Positions 19,236-28,578 of a DNA stretch of 64,000 bases are shown piece by piece. Source of the DNA: Candidatus Pseudobacter hemicellulosilyticus (GTDB taxonomy: Bacteria; Bacteroidota; Bacteroidia; Chitinophagales; Chitinophagaceae). Every line of letters begins with the position of its first letter. The stretch's first letter is position 1. Made by a program: the position numbers and the translations under genes. The stretch lies in assembly GCA_029202545.1 (NCBI GenBank), contig CP119311.1, positions 5,276,069 through 5,340,068 on the forward strand. The letters are read 5' to 3'. Under the pieces are notes generated by a model. That model was not told the origin of the DNA, made no database searches, and worked only from the letters and a program-made list of their open reading frames with translations.

Positions 19236-19267
19236 CAAAACTACGTATACCCTACATTGTTACCAAA
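19236..19267 (-). promoter_or_regulatory. Bacteroidota sigma-A promoter TTTG-N20-TAGTTTTG driving the RNA/NYN unit
   Basis: -33 TTTG at 19267-19264, -7 TAGTTTTG at 19243-19236, 20-nt spacer: a full consensus match. Confidence 0.8.
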
Positions 19268-19297
19268 TTTATTTTAAACTTTTTAAAAATATATTCT

Positions 19298-20368
19298 CTA
19301 ACCTATATCATCAGCTGATTTCAACCCATTTTCCTCATCCAGCCTGGGCCGCAGGCGGGACCTGGACTTATTGAACACATGGTTCTTTCCCTTATCCTGA
19401 CCTTTCCTCGCTTCTTTTTGAACAGTTATCGGTTGTGCTACCGTGTCAGCACATTCCTGGCTGCAGCAGCCATTGTATTTCTCCGCACAGGCGGGACATT
19501 GGATGAACAATAAATGGCAGCCGTCGTTTTTGCAGTTCACATGGGTATCTGCCGACTGGCCGCACTGGTGACAGCGGGCAATGATATCATCGGTGATCCG
19601 CTCTCCCATCCTGTCGTCAAACACGAAATTCTTGCCGATGAATTTGCTTTCCAGTCCTGCCTCCTTTACCTGTCTGGCATAATTGATAATGCCACCCTCC
19701 AGGTGGAAAACATTATTGAAGCCATTGTGCAGCATATAGGCGCTGGCTTTCTCACAGCGGATGCCACCGGTGCAATACATGATGATGTTCTTATCCTTAT
19801 TGCCCTGCAGCATATCCACCGCCATGGGCAATTGCTCACGGAAAGTATCACTGGGCACTTCGATGGCTTTTACAAAATGGCCTACCTCATATTCGTAGTG
19901 GTTGCGCATGTCCACAATGATGGTATCAGGATCATCCAGCAAAGCATTCATCTCCGCTGCATTGAGGTAGCTGCCTTTCTGGCTCATATCAAAACCGGGA
20001 TCAGCAATGCCATCGGCTACGATCTTATCCCTGACCTTGATCTTCAGTACCCAGAACGATTTTCCATCATCATCCACGGCAATGTTGAGGCGCAGCCCCT
20101 CCAGGCCGGGAATGGCATAGAGGGTTTGCCGGAATGCCTCCACATGGGATTGCGGAATGCTGACCTGTGCGTTGATGCCTTCCTTGGCTACATAGATGCG
20201 ACCAAAGACCTTCAGGGCAAACAGGGACTGGTACAGCTCATCGCGGAATGCCTGCGGATCCGGAATGGGAAAATACTGGTAAAAGGAAATGGTGGTGCGG
20301 GGTTCTGTTTCCTGGTATAAACGTTCTTTCAGCTCCTTCTGGGAGACGCGGTTGTGTAGAAATGCCAT
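19298..20368 (-). CDS. trhO: Rhodanese-related sulfurtransferase / tRNA uridine(34) hydroxylase
   Basis: [55 protein letters not shown], and a Cys-rich C-terminus. Confidence 0.92.
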   Translation of the reverse strand: MAFLHNRVSQKELKERLYQETEPRTTISFYQYFPIPDPQAFRDELYQSLFALKVFGRIYVAKEGINAQVSIPQSHVEAFRQTLYAIPGLEGLRLNIAVDDDGKSFWVLKIKVRDKIVADGIADPGFDMSQKGSYLNAAEMNALLDDPDTIIVDMRNHYEYEVGHFVKAIEVPSDTFREQLPMAVDMLQGNKDKNIIMYCTGGIRCEKASAYMLHNGFNNVFHLEGGIINYARQVKEAGLESKFIGKNFVFDDRMGERITDDIIARCHQCGQSADTHVNCKNDGCHLLFIQCPACAEKYNGCCSQECADTVAQPITVQKEARKGQDKGKNHVFNKSRSRLRPRLDEENGLKSADDIG

Positions 20369-20420
20369 GCTGATAAAATTTTGCGACTGCTTGCCTGGCA
20401 GTCAAAATTTTTAAACAGCG

Positions 20421-20428
20421 CAAAGATA
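20421..20428 (-). promoter_or_regulatory. -7 promoter element (TATCTTTG) for trhO
   Basis: Exact TAnnTTTG match 52 nt upstream of the ATG. Confidence 0.6.
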
Positions 20429-20638
20429 ATCAAAGTTGAGAACATTGACCCGCCGCCAGGAGCTCAACAGGCTTATCAAAGCATACAAGCGAGCCATGGG
20501 CAATAAATAGGCGTATTGCAGCCATAACCGGCTATCCCCAGGTAACTACCCGGAGCCTGGCCGGGAAATGCGCAGCTACTATCAATGGAGACCTCAAGCC
20601 CTATCCTGTTGAAAGGTATATCCAGGCAGGAAAATGGT

Positions 20639-20989
20639 TCAGCCTCTTTTCCGCAGCCTTGCCAGGCAGCCGGTCAAACCCGCAAAACCAGCCAGGAGTC
20701 CGCCCATAAAAGCGCTGATCAGGATCAGTGCCATACCGGAACCGCCCAGGGGCAGGATGCTGGCAATCTTCCGGGAAAGGATCTGCTGGTTCTGCCAGTC
20801 GATCCATGCCGCCAGGACCGCCCATAACAGGAACAGGCCCAGGAAGGCCGATAGCCAGGAAAGGATAGGCTTTTGCGGAATGGCCAGCCCTACAATAAAG
20901 GCGGTGATGGCAATGCTCCACCAGTCCAGGTAGAGGCCGGCGGCAAAGCTTAACAAAGCGGTGAGCAATATGGAAACAACGAATTTCAT
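20639..20989 (-). CDS. Small hypothetical membrane protein (4 TM)
   Basis: 116 aa, almost entirely hydrophobic helices, starting 24 nt after the acylase stop on the same strand. Confidence 0.75.
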   Translation of the reverse strand: MKFVVSILLTALLSFAAGLYLDWWSIAITAFIVGLAIPQKPILSWLSAFLGLFLLWAVLAAWIDWQNQQILSRKIASILPLGGSGMALILISAFMGGLLAGFAGLTGCLARLRKRG

Positions 20990-21013
20990 GCTGTTTGAAT
21001 TAGGATCGGGGAT

Positions 21014-23458
21014 TTATTTGTGAAAACGCATGGTGTATTTCACCTGTTTATTGCTGTCATCGTCCTGCTCCATGACCAGTAAAGGATGGTAGCGGCCGGC
21101 GGCCCAGTCGTCCACAAAACTATCATAATAACGGCTGCCGGGGTTGCCGCTCTGTCCACCGGGATAAATGCCATAGGCTTCTGTTTTGTCCGACAGATGC
21201 ACCACCATCCGCCAGCTGGGTCCGTGGAACTGATCAATGGCATTGATGATATTGGGACCGCCGCCCGTGATCAGGCCGAAGCGGCTCAGCGGCGCCAGTC
21301 GCAGCAGGTGACGGATGCCGGCGTTCTTATACTTTCCCCATTCCAGCTGTCCCTGCTGATCGGCTTTGGCCAGTACAGGTATGGCTTTGCGGAAAGAGCT
21401 GGTGGCTACCTCGCCCAGGGTTTCCCGGTGTGGTGTTTGTTTATTGTCGATGAACGGATAGGCGCTATCGCGCAGCAGTCCTTCTACCAGGGTATATATT
21501 TCCGGCAGGCGGTAGGGAGCAGGCACATCAGCAAACTCATCTCCCCAGACATCTCCCTGCAGCTTATCCAGCCAGACCTTAAAAATAGCAGGTCCTTTTT
21601 CACCGGCATCATTGCGCCGGTTCCAGTTGCTGATGAGGTCCAGGTATTTTTTCTCTTCGGCGTTCAGGTTGCCTGCCATGATATGATGCAGTAAGAGTGG
21701 CAACAGCATCTCTGCCAGCACATTGTTATTGCTGGTTTGCAGTTGCTGCATATCCTCCGGTGTAACGCTCTGTGCATGGCGCAGCGCCTGGTCAATGGCA
21801 TAGCCGCGATAGAGATCATAATCGCCGCCCAGGTAATAGGGATAACTGCTGTCGGCAGGCAGCTGGTTGGCGCTGGCCAGGAAGCCGCGCTGGGGTTGCA
21901 TGGCATGCGGGTTCTCTGCCTGTGGTATCCAGGCCGGCCACATAAAACTGCTGTCGGTGCCGGGCATAATGAAATCGCCCTGGTATTTCCATTTGGCGGG
22001 GTATTCCCCCTGCTGCCAGATAGCGATGGTATCCGACTTGTCCGCAAATATAAAGTTCTGGCCGGGGCAGCTGAAATGCCGGATAGCATCCAGGTAATCG
22101 CCATAACCGCCAGCCCGGTTGAGCTGGTAGAAAGTGCGCAGTTCATTGGAAGGATCGTGGGCTTTCCAGCGAACGGCCAGGGGCTGATCAACGGATGGTC
22201 TGCCGGAGCCCGCAAAGGAGCGGTCATACAGCACAGGACCAAACACCGTATACGGTACAGTATCCCTGAATTCGGTATAGTCTTTGATGCGGTAGGTCTC
22301 CACCTTCAATTCCGCCTTTTTCCATTCATTATTGAACCAGTATTCCTGCTGCTGCCCGTCGCGGAAACGGATGGTATAATAGTCTTTTACATCGCGGCTG
22401 CTGTTGGTAACGCCCCAGGCTATGCGGTCGTTGAAACCGATCACGATCATGGGCGCACCGGGGAAGCTGACGCCATACACGTTGTGGTCAGGCGTATGCA
22501 GCTGCATCTCGTACCAGAGAGAGGGCAGGTTGAGGCCCAGGTGCGGATCATTGCAGAGAATGGGCCTGCCGCTCTGCGTGCGACTGCCACTCACCACCCA
22601 GTTATTGCTGCCGTTATGGGCATCGGGTTTGCTGGCAGCGGCCACATTTACCGAATCCTTCCACTGGAAATACAAAGAATCAATATTGAGCGGCGCTGTG
22701 GCTTTGACCGAGCCGGTAAAAGCTGTGCCACCGGGCACAATAGGATACAGGGAATCCGGCTGGGCAGGGAACAGCTGAAGGTATTCAGCTTTGCTGAACA
22801 CGGATTTTATATTGGTCTGCTCCAGGTCATTATCCCGGCCGGCCAGGTCATAGCTCATGTATTTAAGGAAGAGCGCACATTTCAGGTTGGTCCAGGGCTC
22901 GGGCATATAATTGAGGAGGCGGTATTCCAGGGGTAGCGCTGTATACTGAAGGCGGTCTATATAAGCATTCACGCCGGCAGTATAGGCATCCAGGACGGTC
23001 TTGATGGTGGGATCGCTTTCCATCAGTTCCAGGGATCGTTTGGCGGCATGCACCATGCCCAGGCGACGCATACCACGGTCATTCCGCAGGATGGCGCTGT
23101 CCTCACCGGCGCCCAGTATCTCGGTGAGCCGGCCTGCTGCGGCATGGGTCTGCAATTCCATCTGCCAGAGACGGAACCTGGCATGCAGGTAGCCCTGGAC
23201 AAAGTACAGGTCTTCCTCATTCTGTGCAAAGACATGCGGCACCAGCCGCTCATCAAAATGCACCGCCACTTTTTCACGGAGCTGCGGAAAATCCAGGTCC
23301 AGGCTCAGCGACTGATCGGCCGGTTCGGCATTCTGCCAGAAGCCCTGCTGCGGACTGAGGAACTTACCCAATGGCGGCAAAGGCCCCCAGGGAATGATCA
23401 TGGCTACGACCAGTGCTGCCGTAGTAACGCCGGATAGCAGAAACGGAACAATGCGCAT
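21014..23458 (-). CDS. Penicillin acylase family (peptidase S45, Ntn-hydrolase)
   Basis: FVQGYLHARFRLWQME, the autocleavage site GSNNWVV, NDPHLGL..PSLWYE.QL, and the terminal PGGQSGNPGS.YYD motif. Confidence 0.93.
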   Translation of the reverse strand: MRIVPFLLSGVTTAALVVAMIIPWGPLPPLGKFLSPQQGFWQNAEPADQSLSLDLDFPQLREKVAVHFDERLVPHVFAQNEEDLYFVQGYLHARFRLWQMELQTHAAAGRLTEILGAGEDSAILRNDRGMRRLGMVHAAKRSLELMESDPTIKTVLDAYTAGVNAYIDRLQYTALPLEYRLLNYMPEPWTNLKCALFLKYMSYDLAGRDNDLEQTNIKSVFSKAEYLQLFPAQPDSLYPIVPGGTAFTGSVKATAPLNIDSLYFQWKDSVNVAAASKPDAHNGSNNWVVSGSRTQSGRPILCNDPHLGLNLPSLWYEMQLHTPDHNVYGVSFPGAPMIVIGFNDRIAWGVTNSSRDVKDYYTIRFRDGQQQEYWFNNEWKKAELKVETYRIKDYTEFRDTVPYTVFGPVLYDRSFAGSGRPSVDQPLAVRWKAHDPSNELRTFYQLNRAGGYGDYLDAIRHFSCPGQNFIFADKSDTIAIWQQGEYPAKWKYQGDFIMPGTDSSFMWPAWIPQAENPHAMQPQRGFLASANQLPADSSYPYYLGGDYDLYRGYAIDQALRHAQSVTPEDMQQLQTSNNNVLAEMLLPLLLHHIMAGNLNAEEKKYLDLISNWNRRNDAGEKGPAIFKVWLDKLQGDVWGDEFADVPAPYRLPEIYTLVEGLLRDSAYPFIDNKQTPHRETLGEVATSSFRKAIPVLAKADQQGQLEWGKYKNAGIRHLLRLAPLSRFGLITGGGPNIINAIDQFHGPSWRMVVHLSDKTEAYGIYPGGQSGNPGSRYYDSFVDDWAAGRYHPLLVMEQDDDSNKQVKYTMRFHK

Positions 23459-23517
23459 AATTATCGGAAGGGTTTAAGAATCGGATAAAAGTAATCAATT
23501 TTTCAGCATTCACAAGC

Positions 23518-24663
23518 CTATGAGAGCAGCAGGATCAGTTTATCCAGCTCAGCTTCAGTATTGAACGCATGCAGCACAATCCGCAACCGTTCAAGGCCTT
23601 TTGGCACCGTGGGATACAGGATGGGGCGGACATCCAGCCCGGCCTGCTGCAGGTCTTCGGCCACGGCCTTTACTGCTTCATTGCCGGGGATGATGACCAC
23701 CTGTATGGGGGTGGAAGAAGGCAGCTTTTCATAACGCAGGGACGCTTCCTGGAAAAGACTGATCAGCCGCTGCAGCTGCGCGCGCTCTTCTGTCATTTCC
23801 GGGAATATCGAATAAGCATAACTGATAGCCCGCACACTGCTTTCCGGGAGCGCAGTGGTATAGATAAAAGGACGGCAGAAATTGACCAGGTAATCTTTGA
23901 GGGTCTGGCTGCCCAGCACAATAGCGCCATGGCAGCCTGCGGCCTTGCCAAAAGTATGGATGCGGGCAAAGCAATCGCCGGACAGGCCCAGTTGTTGTAC
24001 CAACCCTTCACCCCTATCCCCTATGACACCCGTGGCATGGGCCTCATCCACTACCAGGCAGGCGCCGTATTGCGCGCAAAGTGCCGCCATAGCGGTCAGC
24101 GGGGCCTGGTCGCCATCCATGGAGAAAACGGATTCAGTGACCACGAAGACCGTTCCCGTACCGGCAGCCCGGTCAAGTTTTTCGCGCAGCTGTTCCAGGT
24201 CGTTGTGCCGGAAAGCATGGGCCTGCGCAAAACTGAGACGGATGCCATCCCGCAGGCTGGCATGACTGAGCGCATCATACAATACCGTATCGCCTTTTTG
24301 CGGCACACAGCTCAGCAGGCCCAGGTTGGCATCATAACCCGAGTTGAAAAGCAGTCCTGCCGGCGCTTCATGGAAGCTGGCAATGGCATTCTCTGTTTCT
24401 TCTATCAGCGGGTAATTGCCTGCCAGCAGACGGGAACCGCCGGAACCATGGCGGTCCAGCAGCAATCCCTGCTCCTGCCCTGACGCTTCCGGGTCTATGC
24501 GGCGCAGCGCCTGGAGATAATACCATTCGGTCAGTCCCTCATGGATAATGCCGAGGTAATCATTGGAACAGAAATCTGTCAGCCCCTCAGGCTGCCTCAA
24601 CTGGCGCAGGGCCATCTGCGCGGAACGTTCCGACAGTTTTTTTTGCAGGAATGACTCATTCAT
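23518..24663 (-). CDS. bioF: 8-amino-7-oxononanoate synthase (PLP aminotransferase class II)
   Basis: DFCSNDYLG, GSGGSRLL, NSGYDAN, HASLRDG, ESVFSMDGD, DEAHATG and TFGKA motifs. Confidence 0.85.
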   Translation of the reverse strand: MNESFLQKKLSERSAQMALRQLRQPEGLTDFCSNDYLGIIHEGLTEWYYLQALRRIDPEASGQEQGLLLDRHGSGGSRLLAGNYPLIEETENAIASFHEAPAGLLFNSGYDANLGLLSCVPQKGDTVLYDALSHASLRDGIRLSFAQAHAFRHNDLEQLREKLDRAAGTGTVFVVTESVFSMDGDQAPLTAMAALCAQYGACLVVDEAHATGVIGDRGEGLVQQLGLSGDCFARIHTFGKAAGCHGAIVLGSQTLKDYLVNFCRPFIYTTALPESSVRAISYAYSIFPEMTEERAQLQRLISLFQEASLRYEKLPSSTPIQVVIIPGNEAVKAVAEDLQQAGLDVRPILYPTVPKGLERLRIVLHAFNTEAELDKLILLLS

Positions 24664-24770
24664 GGTGTAACAAAGAAAGGGCTTTTTTATACGCCTGCCG
24701 AAATATGCCCGGCCCTATATTGTTTTTTTGGTATAGTTTGCAGCCTGTAATTCCAGTAACCCGATCCGTA

Positions 24771-25352
24771 TTGTTACCCAACCATTCATATGATCAGCAG
24801 GCGCTGCTTGTAAAAGCAGCCGAAGGAAACGAAATGGCCTTTAGTCAGGTCTTCAATCCATTCATAGACCGCATAGCCCCTTTTCTCGACAAACTTACCA
24901 GAGATGATTATATCACCGGCGAAGTGATCCAGGAAACCCTCATCAAATGCTGGCTCAACCGTGATAAGCTCCTGCATGCAGACAACCTGGACGCCTATAT
25001 TTACCGCATTGCCGGGAACGAATTCCACCGCTACCTCCGCAGGGAAAATGGGGAACAGCGGCGAAGATTATCACTGCCAGGCAGGGAATTGCTGCAATAC
25101 ACGGACACCCGGGAACTGGCCAACCTGATCCAGACCATCCTGCTGGGCCTCTCCCCCCAGCGCCGCAGGATCTACCGGATGAGCCGGGAACAGGGCATGA
25201 CCATCCCCGAGATCGCGGATGCCCTCCAGCTATCGCCCAGTACCGTAAAACATACCCTGATGGCTGCTCTGGCGCAGATCCGCGAGCAGCTGATTGCCGG
25301 TGGTTACAGCCTGCTGCTGGTGATTCACGCCCTGCAGTCAGGGCAGCAATAG
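24771..25352 (+). CDS. ECF RNA polymerase sigma-70 factor (FecI-like, Bacteroidota expansion family)
   Basis: Region 2 (AEGNEMAF...IQETLIKCW) and region 4 (LSPQRRRIYRMSREQGMTIPEIADALQLSPSTVK). The TTG start at 24771 is inferred. Confidence 0.85.
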   Translation: MLPNHSYDQQALLVKAAEGNEMAFSQVFNPFIDRIAPFLDKLTRDDYITGEVIQETLIKCWLNRDKLLHADNLDAYIYRIAGNEFHRYLRRENGEQRRRLSLPGRELLQYTDTRELANLIQTILLGLSPQRRRIYRMSREQGMTIPEIADALQLSPSTVKHTLMAALAQIREQLIAGGYSLLLVIHALQSGQQ

Positions 25353-25419
25353 CCGCTCCTGAAAAAAATATTATCCAGCTAATAGACCTGTTCCTGCCGC
25401 AGCCGGATCTTAGGATAAT

Positions 25420-25842
25420 ATGGATCCCCAACGCATCAACTATTTACTGGAACAATACACAGCCGGTCAGCTGAGTCCTGCCGAAGAGCAGGAATGGGAA
25501 AACCTTATAGAGAAAGAAGAACACCGCAGCGCCTTCCAGGACTTCCTGCTGGAACAGCTGGCCGCCACGCCGGCGGGCAATGCCAGCACCGATCCCCGCT
25601 GGCAGGGTATATACCAGCAGGTGTTCAGCATCGACAAACCCCAGCCCGTCCGCCGCCTTCCGCTGCTGAAATACTGGACCAGGGCAGCGCTTATTCTGCT
25701 GCTGCTGGGCGTAGCCTTTTACGGCTGGCTCCACTGGCGATCCACATGCCTGCAACGCAAAACACCACCGGCAACTACCCCTGCAGTTCCACAAGACCGC
25801 CAACCTGGAAAAAATAATAACCTGGAAAGAAGGACACCATAG
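25420..25842 (+). pseudogene. Truncated FecR-like anti-sigma factor (cytoplasmic domain and TM helix only)
   Basis: RINYLLEQY..GQLS..EEQEW N-terminus, then a TM helix (AALILLLLGVAFYGWL), then a linker ending at PGKNN. No FecR periplasmic domain follows. Confidence 0.65.
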
Positions 25843-25953
25843 CGAGCTGACAGCCTTTCAGCAATGACGGGGCTCCCCCCTTGCCAGGCAGGCTATTTTC
25901 CCTGTATCTTCATCCTATGGAAGCCACCAAAAACATCCTTGGCCTGCAACTGC

Positions 25954-26844
25954 CTACCATTTATCCAGCTCCACCCTCCACTCCGGCCCGGAACGAACCC
26001 CGAAAGAATCCGCAAAACTGCCCATATTGATAGCCAGTGAAAAATTCATAAGACTGTTGAGATAGGCCATGGGACTGCCTTCCGGCACTTCCCCAAAAGT
26101 ATGTACAAAGGGGACCCGTCCCCGCCACACCGTATCACCCGACCTGAAAATAGTGGCCTGCACCGAATCACCCGCCTTCCAGCCCTGCGCCTGTACCAGG
26201 CTGTCCGGTATATTCGTCCATACATTACCGTATTGGATATCCAGGATCGGTATACCACCCAATAGCCGCTGGTCCTTCCGGCTTGCCGGCTGGTAAGGGA
26301 TTTTCACTACCGAATCCGGCAGCAACCTGCCTACCTGCTCAAAACTGATCACGCCGGCTGCCAGCCTGGCCCCTGTATACGCATATACATCACGGCCATG
26401 GAAAGTATAGGAACCACCCGATTGCTGCCGCCGGTTCACCGCTTCATCAATTTCCCGAACGGCGGCAATGCCGAGGGATTGCGCCACCAGGGTCAGGGTG
26501 CCATTGTCCGGCGTCACAAAATAATGGCCGGAGCGGGACAGCATTACTACCGACTTCCGTTCCGTACCAACGCCCGGGTCCACTACTGAAACAAATACAG
26601 TCCCCTTTGGCCAGTAAGGCGCCGTCTGTTCCAGCCGGTAAGCCGCTTCCCAGATATTGTAGGCTGGGATCTCATGGGTCAGGTCAAACAGCGCCAGCTC
26701 CGGGCTCACGCCATAGGCTACCCCTTTCATGGCGCTCACCGCCCCATCTTTCAAACCAAAATCTGACTGGAACACCAGGGCGCCGCCACCCTGGTGGCAG
26801 GCAGTGAGCAATACCAGGATGGCCAGCCGGCAGGCCACGCCCAT
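25954..26844 (-). CDS. SAM hydroxide adenosyltransferase (DUF62) family protein with a possible lipoprotein signal
   Basis: FQSDFG..DGAV.AMKGV, DLTHEIP, VVDPGVGTERK, PDNGTL, TFHGRDVY and DIQYGNVWTN motifs. The ATG at 26844 gives ...LAILVLLTAC. Confidence 0.85.
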   Translation of the reverse strand: MGVACRLAILVLLTACHQGGGALVFQSDFGLKDGAVSAMKGVAYGVSPELALFDLTHEIPAYNIWEAAYRLEQTAPYWPKGTVFVSVVDPGVGTERKSVVMLSRSGHYFVTPDNGTLTLVAQSLGIAAVREIDEAVNRRQQSGGSYTFHGRDVYAYTGARLAAGVISFEQVGRLLPDSVVKIPYQPASRKDQRLLGGIPILDIQYGNVWTNIPDSLVQAQGWKAGDSVQATIFRSGDTVWRGRVPFVHTFGEVPEGSPMAYLNSLMNFSLAINMGSFADSFGVRSGPEWRVELDKW

Positions 26845-27215
26845 TTTCCCGGCAGGAAAACGCCGGACGGCGCTGCTGCCGGTGGATACTACAGACAGCA
26901 ACCCGATCCTCCCGGAACAAAGGACCGCTGAAACCGCGGACAGCAGCCCATCCCTCCGGAAACAAAAGACCACTGACCTCCCTGTTACTGACACATTAAG
27001 CATATATTATATTTTATTGTTGCGGCGCCCGGCCGGCCTATCGCCTCCCCAATTTAGCAAAAACTTACCTGCGTAGCCACTGCATGGCGCCGTTCTGTGG
27101 TCAGCTTACCCTACCGCTTTACCAGGAAGAAAGTACCCTCCGGGAGAAGAACAGCGGTCCCTCCCCTTTTCCCTTAGCAATTAAAACCTTAATTTCACGC
27201 CCCAAAGCGCCGACC

Positions 27216-28568
27216 TTGAAACTGTTGAAATCCTCATTCTGGCTTCATTCCATTTTTTATACCCTGTTACAACGCTTTTCGCTGTTCTTTTTCGGCGCAG
27301 TAGCCTATATGGTGCTGGTCAGGGGATTTTCCAAGGAAGACAATGCCGTCTGGGCGCTCTACCTGACCATCCTCACTCTTTTTGAGACCATCAAACAGGG
27401 CCTGTTGCGTAACCCGACTATCAAGTTCCTCAGCATGCCTGAATATGCCGGCAAAAAAGCAGCGGTGCAGTCCTCGGCACTCGTGATCAATATCGGCTTT
27501 TCCATCCTGGCCATTGGCCTGGTGGCAGGCGGCGGTCAGCTGATTGCCCGCTGGCTGCAAAGCCCGGATCTGCTGCCCTTACTGGCCTGGAGCTTCCTGT
27601 TCATTATCCTGCTGGTGCCCTTTAACCATTTTGAGGTCCTGCTGCAAAGCAAATACAGTTTTCCCCAGATCTTCTGGGCCTATTTTGTCAGGCAGGGCCT
27701 GTTCTTTACCGGCATTCTCAGCCTGTTCTTTTTCCTGCCGCAGCATTTTAACCTGATGAACCTGCTGCTGCTGCAGATAGGGTCCCTGCTGGCCGGCACG
27801 CTGATCCTGCTATGGGCTGTAAGACCATTGCTGCTGCGCCGTTTTCATTATGACAGCGGCATCATTGTCCATATGTTCCATTTTGGTAAATACATTTTTG
27901 GGACTAACCTCTTCGCCAACCTGGCCCGCAGCTTTGACCATTTTGTTACCGCCAATACCCTGGACCCGCTGGAAGGAAAGAAATATGTTTCCAACTACAA
28001 CGTGGTGTCCCGGATCAACAATATGATGGATATGCCCTCCCTGGCAGCAGCCGATGTGCTGTTTCCCAAGAACGTGGAAACACTGGAGCAGCACGGGATG
28101 GAAAAAGTGCGGTATTATTTTGAGAAGATGGCAGGCACCCTGCTGGCCATCATCCTGCCCATGGCCCTGTTCATCCTCCTGTTCCCGAAGCTGATCATTT
28201 ATATCCTGGCGGGGACTGAATACTATGACGCCATCCCCATTCTGCAAATATCCATGCTCGTTAGCTTTGTCCGTCCGCTGAGCTACCAGTATGGTTCTAC
28301 CCTGGACGCCATTGGCAAGCCGGTGGTCAATTTCTGGACCAACGCCCTCATGATGGTCATAGCCCTGGGCGCTACCTGGGCCGGCCTGGTACATTTTGGC
28401 GGCATTGGCGCCGTTTACGCCACAGCCGCCACCAGCCTTATCAATGCCGGCATCATGTATATCATCCTCCGGCGGCAGATCGGTCTCCAGGCGGCCAATA
28501 TTGCACGTTACACCATTGGTACCTATAGCCAGGCCCTGGGACTGATACGTAAATTATTGAACAGGTAA
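27216..28568 (+). CDS. Oligosaccharide flippase family protein (Wzx/MATE superfamily)
   Basis: About 12-14 hydrophobic segments with a GKY.F..NL motif and a LDAIGKP..NF motif. The TTG start is inferred. Confidence 0.8.
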   Translation: MKLLKSSFWLHSIFYTLLQRFSLFFFGAVAYMVLVRGFSKEDNAVWALYLTILTLFETIKQGLLRNPTIKFLSMPEYAGKKAAVQSSALVINIGFSILAIGLVAGGGQLIARWLQSPDLLPLLAWSFLFIILLVPFNHFEVLLQSKYSFPQIFWAYFVRQGLFFTGILSLFFFLPQHFNLMNLLLLQIGSLLAGTLILLWAVRPLLLRRFHYDSGIIVHMFHFGKYIFGTNLFANLARSFDHFVTANTLDPLEGKKYVSNYNVVSRINNMMDMPSLAAADVLFPKNVETLEQHGMEKVRYYFEKMAGTLLAIILPMALFILLFPKLIIYILAGTEYYDAIPILQISMLVSFVRPLSYQYGSTLDAIGKPVVNFWTNALMMVIALGATWAGLVHFGGIGAVYATAATSLINAGIMYIILRRQIGLQAANIARYTIGTYSQALGLIRKLLNR

Positions 28569-28578
28569 ACTTTCAACC

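Noticed and set aside
25954-26844. Fluorinase/chlorinase (halogenase)
   Set aside because: The TFHGRD His and the D/R residues match the DUF62 hydroxide adenosyltransferase branch, and no biosynthetic cluster surrounds it.
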